A stretch of 64,000 nucleotides of DNA, from NCBI GenBank assembly GCA_965652295.1, contig CBFGTS010000011.1, forward strand, positions 1-64,000. Reading direction: 5' to 3'. This document shows positions 50,057 through 59,476 of the stretch, piece after piece. Position 1 is the stretch's first letter, and each line of letters begins with the position of its first letter. The stretch comes from an uncultured Haloferula sp. (GTDB lineage Bacteria > Verrucomicrobiota > Verrucomicrobiia > Verrucomicrobiales > Akkermansiaceae). Under the pieces are notes generated by a model, which had not been told where the DNA came from, made no database searches, and saw only the letters and a program-made list of their open reading frames with translations. The position numbers and the translations under genes are program-made.

Positions 50057-50839
50057 ATGAAGGAACTCAAGGATACCCAGAACGAGCGGGACGACCGGAA
50101 TCTGCCGATCGACCGCGTGGGCGTGAAAGGTCTGCGCTTCCCGGTGGAGGTGCGTGACAAGGATGGCTCGACGCAGCGATCGGTGGCCACGGTGGCTCTC
50201 GCCGTGGACTTGCCGGAGCACTACAAGGGCACCCACATGAGCCGCTTCGTGGAAGCGCTCAACGCCCATGGCGGCTGCCTCGATGTCCGCACGATGGCGT
50301 CGCTGCCGGCGGAGCTGCTGGAGCGGCTGGACGCTCGCAAGGCGCATGTGGAGTTCGAGTTCCCATTCTTTCTTTCAAAATCCGCGCCGGTGACCGGTCG
50401 CCCGGGACTGATGGACTACGTGGTGCGCTTCGAAGTCGAAGCCGAACTCGACGGGCCGGTGGATTTCATCGTCACCATCCAGGTTCCGGTGGCCACGCTC
50501 TGTCCGTGCTCGAAGGAAATCAGCGACCGTGGCGCCCACAATCAGCGGGGGATCGTGACCTACTCGGTGCGCTTCCGCGAACCGGTGTGGATCGAGGACT
50601 TGATCGCCTTGGTCGAGCGTTCCGCGAGCTGCGAGCTCTACAGTCTGCTCAAACGTCCGGATGAAAAGGCGGTGACGGAGCGGGCTTACGACAATCCGGT
50701 GTTCGTCGAGGATCTGGTGAGAAACGTGGCTTCCCGCTCGAACGCTCACGACGCGATTCTTTGGTATCGCGTGGAGGCCGAGAATTTCGAGTCGATCCAC
50801 AATCACCAAGCCTACGCGGTGCTTGAAAAACGCGTCTGA
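50057..50839 (+). CDS. folE2: GTP cyclohydrolase IB
   Basis: IDRVGV, KGTHMSRF, LCPCSKEIS..GAHNQR, LKRPDEK, ESIHNH. Confidence 0.97.
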   Translation: MKELKDTQNERDDRNLPIDRVGVKGLRFPVEVRDKDGSTQRSVATVALAVDLPEHYKGTHMSRFVEALNAHGGCLDVRTMASLPAELLERLDARKAHVEFEFPFFLSKSAPVTGRPGLMDYVVRFEVEAELDGPVDFIVTIQVPVATLCPCSKEISDRGAHNQRGIVTYSVRFREPVWIEDLIALVERSASCELYSLLKRPDEKAVTERAYDNPVFVEDLVRNVASRSNAHDAILWYRVEAENFESIHNHQAYAVLEKRV

Positions 50840-50974
50840 ATCCCGCGCCTCTTCCAATGTAATCCGCATGATTCCGCGCAGTTGAAAAACTCGCGGAGAA
50901 TCTTCGATTACTTGAGAGTAAGCTTAAGCAAAGGATTTCCGCTGGTTTTTCAAGATTAGCGGCCTGTCGGAATT

Positions 50975-51270
50975 GTTGGTGTGTGTCCCAGCTGGGGGCT
51001 GGGCCTCAACTTCAGGATCTGATCCGTTTCGGCGGTCCGCAAGGGGTGCATGATTTCTGGGGGGAAGTCATGCGCCCCGCTTCGTTTTCAGTCGGTGGTT
51101 CTCCGAGGTGACTCCGGTCCGTTCCCGGCTGGGGGGATGACCAGAAAGGGACCGGAGTCGTCTGGGGGGAGAGGTTCGGAGTCCCGGCCGCTTTCCTTTC
51201 GGCCGCGCACCGGTTTGATACGTTCATCATCCACGAAACCGGCGGGGCGAACATAACGGCATCGCGCCCC
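50975..51270 (+). ncRNA. Candidate structured ncRNA with repeated UGGGGG hairpin loops
   Basis: Series of stems in a 450-bp gap between convergent genes; G-U pairs favour the + strand; no family recognised. Confidence 0.45.
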
Positions 51271-51289
51271 CCCGATCGAGGGAGGAGCT

Positions 51290-54200
51290 TCAGATCGAGC
51301 GGATCATGGCGATCGCCTCATCGAGCATCCTTTTCGGCTCCGTCGCGGTGAGGCGAGGGAAGCGTTTGCCTTCCAGGAAGAGGTAGTCGCCGTTGCGGTG
51401 GATCATGAGGCGCTGGCCCTGGATTTCCACCGAGGCGATGCCGACGTGGGCGGCGAGGAGGCGGAGGCGGGTGACGTCGAGGAGGTTGAGGACGGGTTGT
51501 GGCAGGCGGCCGAAGCGATCGGTCCAACGTTGGATCAAGGCGTCGAGTTCGCGTTCGTTGGCGGCTTCGGAAAGTTCGCGGAAGGCGGAGACCCGGAGCT
51601 GGGTGTCCTCAAGCCAGGCGGCCGGGAGATAGGCGGGCAGGCCTTTCGTCGGTGCCGCGAGATGCGCGGCTTCACGGACGACCAGGAAATCGGCCTTGAA
51701 GGCGCATTCATGGCGGTGGATGGCCTGCTTTCCGCGGAGCCGATCGACGGACTGGCGGAGCAGCCGGCAGTAGAGGTCAAACCCGATGGCGGCGATCTGG
51801 CCGGACTGCCGCGTGCCTAACAAGTTGCCGGCACCGCGGATTTCGAGGTCGCGCATGGCGATGCGGAAGCCGGAGCCGAGGGCGGTGTATTGCTTGATGG
51901 CGTGGATGCGTTTCCGTGCATCGCCGGTGGTCAGCATTTCCCGAGGCAGGAGGAGGATGGCGTAGGCCTTCTCACCGGCGCGGCCGACGCGGCCGCGGAG
52001 CTGATAGAGGTCGGCGAGACCGAAGCGATCGGCGCGGTCGATGAGGATGGTATTGGCATTGGGGATATCGATGCCGGTCTCGATGATGGTGGTGGCCAGC
52101 AGGACGTCGGCCTCGCCATTGACGAAAGCGCGCATGACAAGCTCGAGTTCGTCTTTCTCCATCTGCCCGTGGCCCACCAGAATGCGGGCCTCGGGGACCA
52201 GCTCGGCGAGGCGGTTGCGGACCATCTCGATGGATTTGACCCGGTTGTGGAGAAAGAAGACCTGCCCGCCGCGGGCCAGCTCGCGGCGGATGGCCTCGCG
52301 GATGACGCGCTCATCGTAGGGCGTGACGGTGGTGTGGACCGGGACGCGGTTGGGCGGCGGGGTATCGATGGTGGACATGTCGCGCGCGCCCATCAGCGCC
52401 ATGTAAAGCGTGCGCGGGATGGGCGTGGCGGAGAGCGTGAGGACGTCGATCTGCCGGAACATCTCCTTGAAGCGCTCCTTGTGTTTCACGCCGAAGCGCT
52501 GCTCTTCATCGACGACGGCGAGGCCGAGGTCCTTGAAGGCGATGTCGGAGGAAAGCAGGCGGTGGGTGCCGATGACGATGTCGACCGAGCCATTGGCGAG
52601 GCCCTCCACCGTGGCGCGGGATTCGGCGGCGGTACGGAAGCGGTTGAGGAGATCGATGCGGATCGGATAATCGGACATCCGCTCGCGGAAGGTGCGCCAG
52701 TGCTGCTCGGCAAGCACGGTGGTAGGGCAGAGGATGGCGACTTGTTTGCCGCCGGTGACGGCCTTGAAGGCGGCGCGGATGGCGACCTCGGTTTTGCCGA
52801 ATCCGACATCGCCGCAGACGAGACGGTCCATCGGCTTGGCCGACTCCATGTCGCGCTTGGCCTCGCCGATCGCACGGAGCTGATCCGGTGTCTCGGTGTA
52901 GTGGAAGGACTGCTCGAATTCCCACATCCAACGCGAGTCGGCGGGGTGGGCGAAGCCTTCGTTCGTCTGTCGCTCGGCCTGGACGCGGAGCAGTCGCGCG
53001 GCGTAGTCGAGGATCGCGTCCTCGGCCTGTTTGCGGACTTTTTTCCACGCGGTGCCGCCGAGTTTCGACAGCTCCGGATCCTTTCCTCCGAGCCCGACGT
53101 AGCGCCCGACGAGGTGGGCCTGGTCGATGGGCACCGCGAGCGAGGCACCATCGCGGTATTCGATCAGCAACTCCTCGCTCTCCTCGTTACTACGGATCCC
53201 GGAGAAGCGGCCGATGCCGTATTCGCTGTGGACGACGAGGTCGCCGTCGTTGATCTCCTCCAGCGAAGCCTTGGCTTCGGCGGCCCGGCGGCTGGTGCGG
53301 GTGACGAGAGGAGCGGTGGTGCGGTAGCGGCCGAAGATTTCAGCCGAGGAAAGGATGGCGACCTTGGCGGTGGGGACGGTGAAGGATTCCATCAACTCGC
53401 CGGTGAGCGTCTCAAAGTGACGGTCGGAGCCGGCGGGGAGGAGCTCGATGAAGCGGACGGCCTCGCCTTGGTTGGCGAAGACGATGGCGATCTGCCAGCC
53501 ATCGCGATCCCAGCGGGCGAGTTGCTGGACGAAAGCGTCGCGGCGGATTTCCTCCAGAACGAAGTCGCCTGCCTCGAAGCGTCCGAACGGCTCGGCGTGG
53601 CAGGCGGTGGAAAAGTCCTCTTCGCGGCCGGGATCGGCGGGCTGCGGGGTGATGACCACGGCGGCGTCGCTCTGCGCGGGGTCTTCGGTCAGCTCGATGA
53701 CGAGATCGCCGGGCCGGAGGTAGTCGCCGACCGTGCCGGCCATTTCGGGGTCGGCCAGGGCGAATTCGGCGCGGTCGAGCTTGCGGGCGGAGGTCTGGGA
53801 ATCGAGGTCGAACTCGCGGATCGATTCGATGTCGGTATCGAAAAATTCGATGCGGAGAGGCATCGGGACGTGCCAGGGAAAGACATCGAGGATGCCGCCG
53901 CGGACGGCGAACTGGCCGCGCCCCTGGACCAGCGGAGCGCGCTCGAAGCCCTCGGCGGCAAGCTGGTCGATGAGCCGCGCGGGATCGAGCGGATCACCGC
54001 GTTTCAGCACCACTCGGGAAGCGGAAAGCTCGCCGGGCGGCGGTGCGGGGTGATCGAAGGCATCGGGGGCGGCGAGGACGACGCAGCGTTGGGCACGGTG
54101 GATGAAACCGAGGGCGTCGATGCGTTCGGCGGCGGCCTCCGGGTCGGGGGCTTCGTCGCCCTGGATGCCGAGGATCGGGTCGGGAAGGATGCGGACACGG

Positions 54201-54445
54201 ACGCCCCAGAGCCGGAACTCGGCGGCCAGACGTTCGCGGTTTTTGGGCGAGGGATCGAGGATCCAGGCGCGGTCGCGGGGAGTGGGGTGGCCAAGAATCA
54301 GGGCGATCAGCCAGGCGCGGGCGGCGGGATCGACGTGATCGAACACAGTGCGTCCTCCGCCAGCGGCCACGGCGGCCAGGCGTTGGGCGAAGTCGGGCTG
54401 GTCGGCGGCGGGGCGCAGCCAGCGATCAGGCGCCGGGGAAGGCAC
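51290..54445 (-). CDS. mfd: Transcription-repair coupling factor
   Basis: RGGILDVF, CarD/RID GDLVVH..YGIG, CGDVGFGKTEVA, DEEQRFGV, QLRGRVGR, TRCF C-terminus; GTG start inferred. Confidence 0.97.
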   Translation of the reverse strand: MPSPAPDRWLRPAADQPDFAQRLAAVAAGGGRTVFDHVDPAARAWLIALILGHPTPRDRAWILDPSPKNRERLAAEFRLWGVRVRILPDPILGIQGDEAPDPEAAAERIDALGFIHRAQRCVVLAAPDAFDHPAPPPGELSASRVVLKRGDPLDPARLIDQLAAEGFERAPLVQGRGQFAVRGGILDVFPWHVPMPLRIEFFDTDIESIREFDLDSQTSARKLDRAEFALADPEMAGTVGDYLRPGDLVIELTEDPAQSDAAVVITPQPADPGREEDFSTACHAEPFGRFEAGDFVLEEIRRDAFVQQLARWDRDGWQIAIVFANQGEAVRFIELLPAGSDRHFETLTGELMESFTVPTAKVAILSSAEIFGRYRTTAPLVTRTSRRAAEAKASLEEINDGDLVVHSEYGIGRFSGIRSNEESEELLIEYRDGASLAVPIDQAHLVGRYVGLGGKDPELSKLGGTAWKKVRKQAEDAILDYAARLLRVQAERQTNEGFAHPADSRWMWEFEQSFHYTETPDQLRAIGEAKRDMESAKPMDRLVCGDVGFGKTEVAIRAAFKAVTGGKQVAILCPTTVLAEQHWRTFRERMSDYPIRIDLLNRFRTAAESRATVEGLANGSVDIVIGTHRLLSSDIAFKDLGLAVVDEEQRFGVKHKERFKEMFRQIDVLTLSATPIPRTLYMALMGARDMSTIDTPPPNRVPVHTTVTPYDERVIREAIRRELARGGQVFFLHNRVKSIEMVRNRLAELVPEARILVGHGQMEKDELELVMRAFVNGEADVLLATTIIETGIDIPNANTILIDRADRFGLADLYQLRGRVGRAGEKAYAILLLPREMLTTGDARKRIHAIKQYTALGSGFRIAMRDLEIRGAGNLLGTRQSGQIAAIGFDLYCRLLRQSVDRLRGKQAIHRHECAFKADFLVVREAAHLAAPTKGLPAYLPAAWLEDTQLRVSAFRELSEAANERELDALIQRWTDRFGRLPQPVLNLLDVTRLRLLAAHVGIASVEIQGQRLMIHRNGDYLFLEGKRFPRLTATEPKRMLDEAIAMIRSI

Positions 54446-54553
54446 GGGGCGGAAGGTGGGGGCGGTGCGGAGCTTTGGCAAGAAGCCGCGTCGGAGGGAT
54501 GCCGGATTTGATGGCTTTGCCTGCGGACGAGTGCGTGTTATCTCACGACCCGT

Positions 54554-55288
54554 ATGCGTTGGCACCTTCTCCTTCTCCTCGTTGCGGCGGCCGTTTTGAC
54601 CCAGTGCAACCAAGTCGGGCCACCCCCTGGCTTCAGCGACGTAAGTGTTCCGATTTTCGGGAGCACCACGACCTCGGCCAGCGTTGCCCAGGTTCAGAGG
54701 GGCGGGGTCGACGGCCTCCGGCGATCGATCAACCTGAGGGTCGACCTCGTCCCCAGGGGCACCCACGGCCGGCGCGTGGTGCGGCCGATGACGCCGCGCT
54801 ACATCACGATTCATTCCACCCAGAACTTCAGTGCGGACGCGGAGCGCCATGCGTTGGCCCTGAAGCGCGGTGCGCTGCGGGCTCCGAAGCGGGCGGGGGG
54901 AAACCGGATCGGCTACCTGATCTGGCATTTCACGGTGGATGACAACAGCGCCGTGCAGCACATGCCGACCAACGAGCAGGGAGAACACGCGGATTTCAAC
55001 GGACCGGGAAACAACTACTCGATCGGCATCGAGATGTGTGAGGAACGCGGCAGCAGTCTCCGGTCCACCATCGATCGCACGGCGCGGCTCACGGCCTATC
55101 TCATGCACCGCCACGGAATTCCGGCGAGCCGGATCGTACCCCACTATCACTGGCCGCGTCGCGGGGTGAGCCAGCCGCACAAAAACTGCCCCCACTTTCT
55201 TTTGGACAACGGTCGTCCCGGCCGGAAATGGCGGGAGTTCCAGAAACTCTGCCAGCGCTACTACGACACCGCCAAGGCGCAGGGATGA
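54554..55288 (+). CDS. N-acetylmuramoyl-L-alanine amidase (Amidase_2), probable lipoprotein
   Basis: ITIHST, WHFTVDD, EHAD, SIGIEMC, HKNCP; N-terminal LTQC. Confidence 0.9.
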   Translation: MRWHLLLLLVAAAVLTQCNQVGPPPGFSDVSVPIFGSTTTSASVAQVQRGGVDGLRRSINLRVDLVPRGTHGRRVVRPMTPRYITIHSTQNFSADAERHALALKRGALRAPKRAGGNRIGYLIWHFTVDDNSAVQHMPTNEQGEHADFNGPGNNYSIGIEMCEERGSSLRSTIDRTARLTAYLMHRHGIPASRIVPHYHWPRRGVSQPHKNCPHFLLDNGRPGRKWREFQKLCQRYYDTAKAQG

Positions 55289-55686
55289 GCGGGGCCTTCG
55301 GAAGTCCGGGAAACACCGGGGTGTGGCTCGATCCTGAGACCTACTACGTTTGTCAGAGATGCACCGCCTGCTGCCGCTGGCCGGGCGACGTGCGTCTGGA
55401 GGACGAGGAGATTCCGCGGATTGCGGCGTTCCTCGGCCTCGGAGAAAGCGAATTCATCGACCACTTCACCCGTCTGCGGACGAATCGCACCGGGCTTTCC
55501 CTGATCGAAAGGGAAAACCACGAATGTGTGATGCTGGAGGAGGGCGGCTGCCGGATCCACGAGGTCAAGCCCTCCCAATGTGCCGGTTTCCCCAACAAGT
55601 GGAATTTCCCTGGCTGGCGTCAGGTCTGCGAGGCCAAGCCGATCCCAATGGCCGAGGCGCGGGCGCGCGGATGGGTGGGGGAGTGA
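55285..55686 (+). CDS. YkgJ family cysteine-cluster protein
   Basis: CQRCTACC, C..L...GC.IH..KP.QC..FP. Confidence 0.9.
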   Translation: MSGAFGSPGNTGVWLDPETYYVCQRCTACCRWPGDVRLEDEEIPRIAAFLGLGESEFIDHFTRLRTNRTGLSLIERENHECVMLEEGGCRIHEVKPSQCAGFPNKWNFPGWRQVCEAKPIPMAEARARGWVGE

Positions 55687-55699
55687 AAGGCCGGAGGGC

Positions 55700-56770
55700 T
55701 TAGAAGTCGGTGCCGGTCTTCAGCTCAAGGTAGCAGCGCGCCGCGGCGACCCGGTTCTCGACATTGAGCCGTTGGAAAATCGCCTCCATGTGCTTTTCCA
55801 CGGTGCGCGGGCTGATGCCGAGAATGGTGGCGACCTCCCAGCTCGTCTTGCCTTCCGCGATCCATTCCATGATCTCGCACTGACGCGCGGTGAGCACGAG
55901 CCGGGTGCGGTCTTCACCTTGTTTGCGGGTTTGGGCGACGGTGAAGAGGTAGAACTGCTTCGTCGCGTTGGGGAGGACGTAGAAGGTCGCGGGTCCGGCA
56001 CCGAGGTCCAACTCCAGCGCCTGGAACCTCGCCCGCAAGGGATCCTGCCACGAACTTTCGACCCTTGAGAGAATCCGTCGCAGGTCTTCGTCGTCGATCT
56101 GGCGAAACGCCTCGTCGGCAGGCCAATGGGCCTCCACGAAGCGGATCGCCTCGTAGTTCACGGGCATCACGCCGCCGTCCTGCTTCATCGAAAACGCCAT
56201 CACCGGGCCGGCACCGCTCTGGGTGGTGAAAAAGTTGTGCACCTCACGTTCGACGTTCTGGCCGGCGAGGCGGTGGCACAGGGTTCGAGCGGCATAGATG
56301 ACGATGTTGAAGCGTTCGATCGCTTCCTCGCTGAATTGAGACTCGGCCCGGTGGATGACGAGTAGCGCGCTACGCCGGCTCCAGGAAAACAGCGTCCCCA
56401 TGAGGGTGTCCGAAACCACGCCCTTGCCGTGCATTTCGCGAACGAAGCGGCTCTCGCGATACTCCGAGATGTTGGTCTCCCTGCTTACGGCCCAGCCGAG
56501 TTCTTCGGACGAGGGTTTCAGGATCCGGTGGCTGAGAGGATGCTCCTCAAGGAGTTCGTTGAGCTTCTGAAGGGTTTCCGCTCCGTTGCCCCCGACCTGG
56601 GCGAGGGTGCGGATCACTTCCACTCTCCGATTGTCGAAGAGCTGATAAACCACCGCATCATGCCCCTCCACCAGCCGGGGCAGCTCGGCCATGATCCACC
56701 CGCAAAGCTCCTCGAAAGACGAGGCGTTCCTCATTTTCGCCAGCAGATGGAATGTGGATTCTCCGAGCAC
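55700..56770 (-). CDS. LuxR-type HTH transcriptional regulator with GAF-like sensor region
   Basis: LTARQCEIMEWIAEGKTSWEVATILGISPRTVEKH. Confidence 0.88.
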   Translation of the reverse strand: MLGESTFHLLAKMRNASSFEELCGWIMAELPRLVEGHDAVVYQLFDNRRVEVIRTLAQVGGNGAETLQKLNELLEEHPLSHRILKPSSEELGWAVSRETNISEYRESRFVREMHGKGVVSDTLMGTLFSWSRRSALLVIHRAESQFSEEAIERFNIVIYAARTLCHRLAGQNVEREVHNFFTTQSGAGPVMAFSMKQDGGVMPVNYEAIRFVEAHWPADEAFRQIDDEDLRRILSRVESSWQDPLRARFQALELDLGAGPATFYVLPNATKQFYLFTVAQTRKQGEDRTRLVLTARQCEIMEWIAEGKTSWEVATILGISPRTVEKHMEAIFQRLNVENRVAAARCYLELKTGTDF

Positions 56771-56781
56771 GTAAATTTACG
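56770..56781. promoter_or_regulatory. Perfect palindrome CGTAAATTTACG at the LuxR start
   Basis: 12-bp palindrome in the AT-rich divergent region between the LuxR and PBP genes. Confidence 0.4.
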
Positions 56782-56898
56782 GGTTGTCCACGCGTACATT
56801 CCCATAATTTCTACGTTTTATCCAGCTCGATCTCGCGTTTCTCAGGGGCGCTCTTTGGGCGTTGCCCTCGCTTCACCTGCCTCTTAGCTTCGCTCCGG

Positions 56899-58932
56899 AT
56901 GTGGTTCCCCTCCTCAATCGCCCGGATCGCGGTGTTCTCGTTGCTGACACTGCCGGTCTCCGCGCAGGAAAGCCCCGCCGGCCCCGCCGCCGCGGCTTCG
57001 GCGGATGACGCCTCGATCTTCAGTCGCAAGGACGCGCGGACGCTCCAGCTTGAGATTCCGGCACCGCGCGGACCCATTCTGGATCGCGAGGGCTTTCCGC
57101 TGGCGCAGAACCGGGTGGTTTACCGGCTGGCGGTCCAGTATGAGCAGTTTGTCGACGAGTCCCGCGAAGCGGTCGTGAAATGGGGCCGGGAGCGAGTGGA
57201 AGCGGCGAAAAAGCTGTTATCGTCGGTCCAGGAACCCACGGACGAGGAGCTTTTCCAGCACTACCGGCATCGCCGGTGGTTGCCGTTGCCGGTGTCTCCC
57301 ACGCTCGAGGTCTCGGAGGCGGAGGAGGTGGAGAAAAAGCTCTCCCGTGGCATTGAGCTGCAGGCGATCTACGAGCGCTACTACCCGGAGCGCGAGGTGG
57401 CGGCCCACATCGTGGGCTACACCGGGGAAGAGGGGAAACTTCCCAAGGGGCCGATCAACCTCAACGATCCGTTGTGGGAGAAATCCGAAGGACGCTCCGG
57501 GTTTGAGAAGATCTTCAACGAGGAGCTGACCGGCACTTCCGCGACCTTGCGGATGGTTTTCAACGAAAAGGGGGAGATGCTTCTGCGCGAGCAGCGGGGG
57601 CAGCCCCGCACGGGCGGGGCGGTGGTTTCGACGCTGAACCTGCGGTGGCAGAAGCGGGCGGAGGAGGTGCTCGACGAGTATGCCCGGCGGGGCGCGTTCG
57701 TGGTGATCGATGTGGCGACCGGTGAGGTCCTGGTGATGGCGTCGAACCCGAGCTTCGACCTCAACAAGTGGATTCCGGGAATCAGCCACGAGGACTATCA
57801 GGAGCTTCGGGAAAGCCCCGACAAACCTCTCTACGCGCGGGCTTTCCAAGGAGGTTATCCGCCGGCGTCGTCGTTCAAGCCGGTGATCGCCCTGGCGGCG
57901 CTCAACAACGGAACCATCCATCGGGATACGGCCTTCCACTGCCCCGCTTTCATCACCTACGGCAACCACCGTTTGTGGAACCACAACCGCCGGGCGATGG
58001 GCGACCTTTCGGTCATCCAGGCTCTCAAATGGTCGAACAACCCGTGGTTCGCGCAGGTGGGGAACCGGGTAGGTTCCAGCGAGTTCTTCTCGCTTGCCCG
58101 CCGCCTCGGCTACGGTTCCGAAACCGGGCTGCCGCTCATCGGCGAGTCCGCGGGTTTCATTCCCACCGCCGAATGGGTGCGCGAAAACTACAAACGCCCG
58201 ATCACCGAGGGCGATGCCGCCAACTGGTCGATCGGCCAGGGCGCGGTGCTGGCGACGCCGCTTCAGGTGGCCCAAGGCATGGCGGGCATCGCCAACGGCG
58301 GCGTGCTGCCGAAGCTTCACCTCGTGATGCAGATCCAGGATGGTTACGGGCGGGTGATCCGCAGCGCCCAGCCGGAGCGCAGGAATTGGCTGAGCGTCGA
58401 TCCCGAGGCGGTCGCCATCGTCCAGGAAGGCATGCGCGAAGTCGTCGAGGGTGGCACGGGCCGGAGCGCCGGTCTGGGCTGGATCGATGTGTGCGGCAAA
58501 ACCGGTACGGGCCAGTGGGGCCCGGAAAGCAAGCGGCAGGGGGTGGCTTGGTTCGCCGGATTCATGCCGGCGGAGGAACCGCGTCTCGCCTTTGCCTGCC
58601 TCTACGAAGGACGGCCGGGACAGAGAGTCAGCGGCAGTGGCAACGCCGCACCGATGGTTCCGGCGTTCTTCAACAGCTTCCGCGAGGAGATCGAGGAAAT
58701 GTGCGAGCCCGCCCCGAAGGCGGTGTTGGTGGTGGATGAAGTCGAGGAGCAGGAGAAGACCGAGGGAATCCTGCGGGCACTGCCCGTGAGCCCGCTCGAT
58801 GAGGAACTTCTGGAGGAGGAGATGGAGGAGATCCCGCAGGCCCTTCCGGTGGATGAGGAGATCCCGGCGGCGATTCCAGTCGATGAGGAATCGCTTGAAA
58901 ATGAGCCGGCCTTCGAGCCGGAGATGGATTGA
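56899..58932 (+). CDS. Class B penicillin-binding protein, PBP2/MrdA-like
   Basis: APRGPILDR, RYYP, SSFK (SxxK), SNN (SxN), KTGT; acidic repeat tail. Confidence 0.9.
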   Translation: MWFPSSIARIAVFSLLTLPVSAQESPAGPAAAASADDASIFSRKDARTLQLEIPAPRGPILDREGFPLAQNRVVYRLAVQYEQFVDESREAVVKWGRERVEAAKKLLSSVQEPTDEELFQHYRHRRWLPLPVSPTLEVSEAEEVEKKLSRGIELQAIYERYYPEREVAAHIVGYTGEEGKLPKGPINLNDPLWEKSEGRSGFEKIFNEELTGTSATLRMVFNEKGEMLLREQRGQPRTGGAVVSTLNLRWQKRAEEVLDEYARRGAFVVIDVATGEVLVMASNPSFDLNKWIPGISHEDYQELRESPDKPLYARAFQGGYPPASSFKPVIALAALNNGTIHRDTAFHCPAFITYGNHRLWNHNRRAMGDLSVIQALKWSNNPWFAQVGNRVGSSEFFSLARRLGYGSETGLPLIGESAGFIPTAEWVRENYKRPITEGDAANWSIGQGAVLATPLQVAQGMAGIANGGVLPKLHLVMQIQDGYGRVIRSAQPERRNWLSVDPEAVAIVQEGMREVVEGGTGRSAGLGWIDVCGKTGTGQWGPESKRQGVAWFAGFMPAEEPRLAFACLYEGRPGQRVSGSGNAAPMVPAFFNSFREEIEEMCEPAPKAVLVVDEVEEQEKTEGILRALPVSPLDEELLEEEMEEIPQALPVDEEIPAAIPVDEESLENEPAFEPEMD

Positions 58933-59050
58933 AGGGTGTGACGAAAATTGGCGGGTTCGGCGCTGGACGGCTCAAGGGGAAAACGTGAACTTCGCTCCCG
59001 TGTGTCCGCCGGGTGCGGACCCGGAACCCACATTTCCCAACCAAGACCTC

Positions 59051-59476
59051 ATGGATATTCAAATTGCGTCCCTTTGTGACTTCGCGGCTGACTACAACGG
59101 CAAGCTTGTCGTGAGCGGCACCTTCGACACCCTCGCCGCCCGCGCGCTGCCCGTGGCCCACCCGATGTGCGCCCTGGCCCTCCGTTTCTGCTTCACCCAG
59201 GAGGATGCCGGCCGCCACAAGCTCTCGATCAACATCATCAACGAAGACGGCGAGTCGCTCGACCCGCAGAACATGCCGATTGAGCCCGAGTTCGAAGTGC
59301 AACTGCCGCCGAACGTGCCCTTCCTGACCCGCAACCTCATCATGAACCTGCAAGGTCTGCGTTTCCCGGCCGCCGGCATCTATTCCGTCGACATCAGCTG
59401 CGATTCCGAGCTGATGATGCGCCTGCCGTTGCGGATCGTCCACGTCGAGCAACCGGCTGGCACGCCGCAGGGCTGA
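59051..59476 (+). CDS. Conserved hypothetical beta-sandwich protein (DUF6941-like)
   Basis: LCDFAADYNGKLVVSGTFD...FPAAGIYSV pattern; family name from recall. Confidence 0.75.
   Translation: MDIQIASLCDFAADYNGKLVVSGTFDTLAARALPVAHPMCALALRFCFTQEDAGRHKLSINIINEDGESLDPQNMPIEPEFEVQLPPNVPFLTRNLIMNLQGLRFPAAGIYSVDISCDSELMMRLPLRIVHVEQPAGTPQG

Noticed and set aside
50840..51290. tmRNA, RNase P RNA, SRP RNA or tRNA
   Set aside because: No GAGGAAAGTCC, no tRNA-like TTCGA..CCA end and no SRP loop motif found; 6S RNA cannot be fully excluded without a covariance search.
54554..55288. Amidase as a prophage endolysin
   Set aside because: It has a lipoprotein-like signal, and there are no holin, structural or integrase genes nearby.
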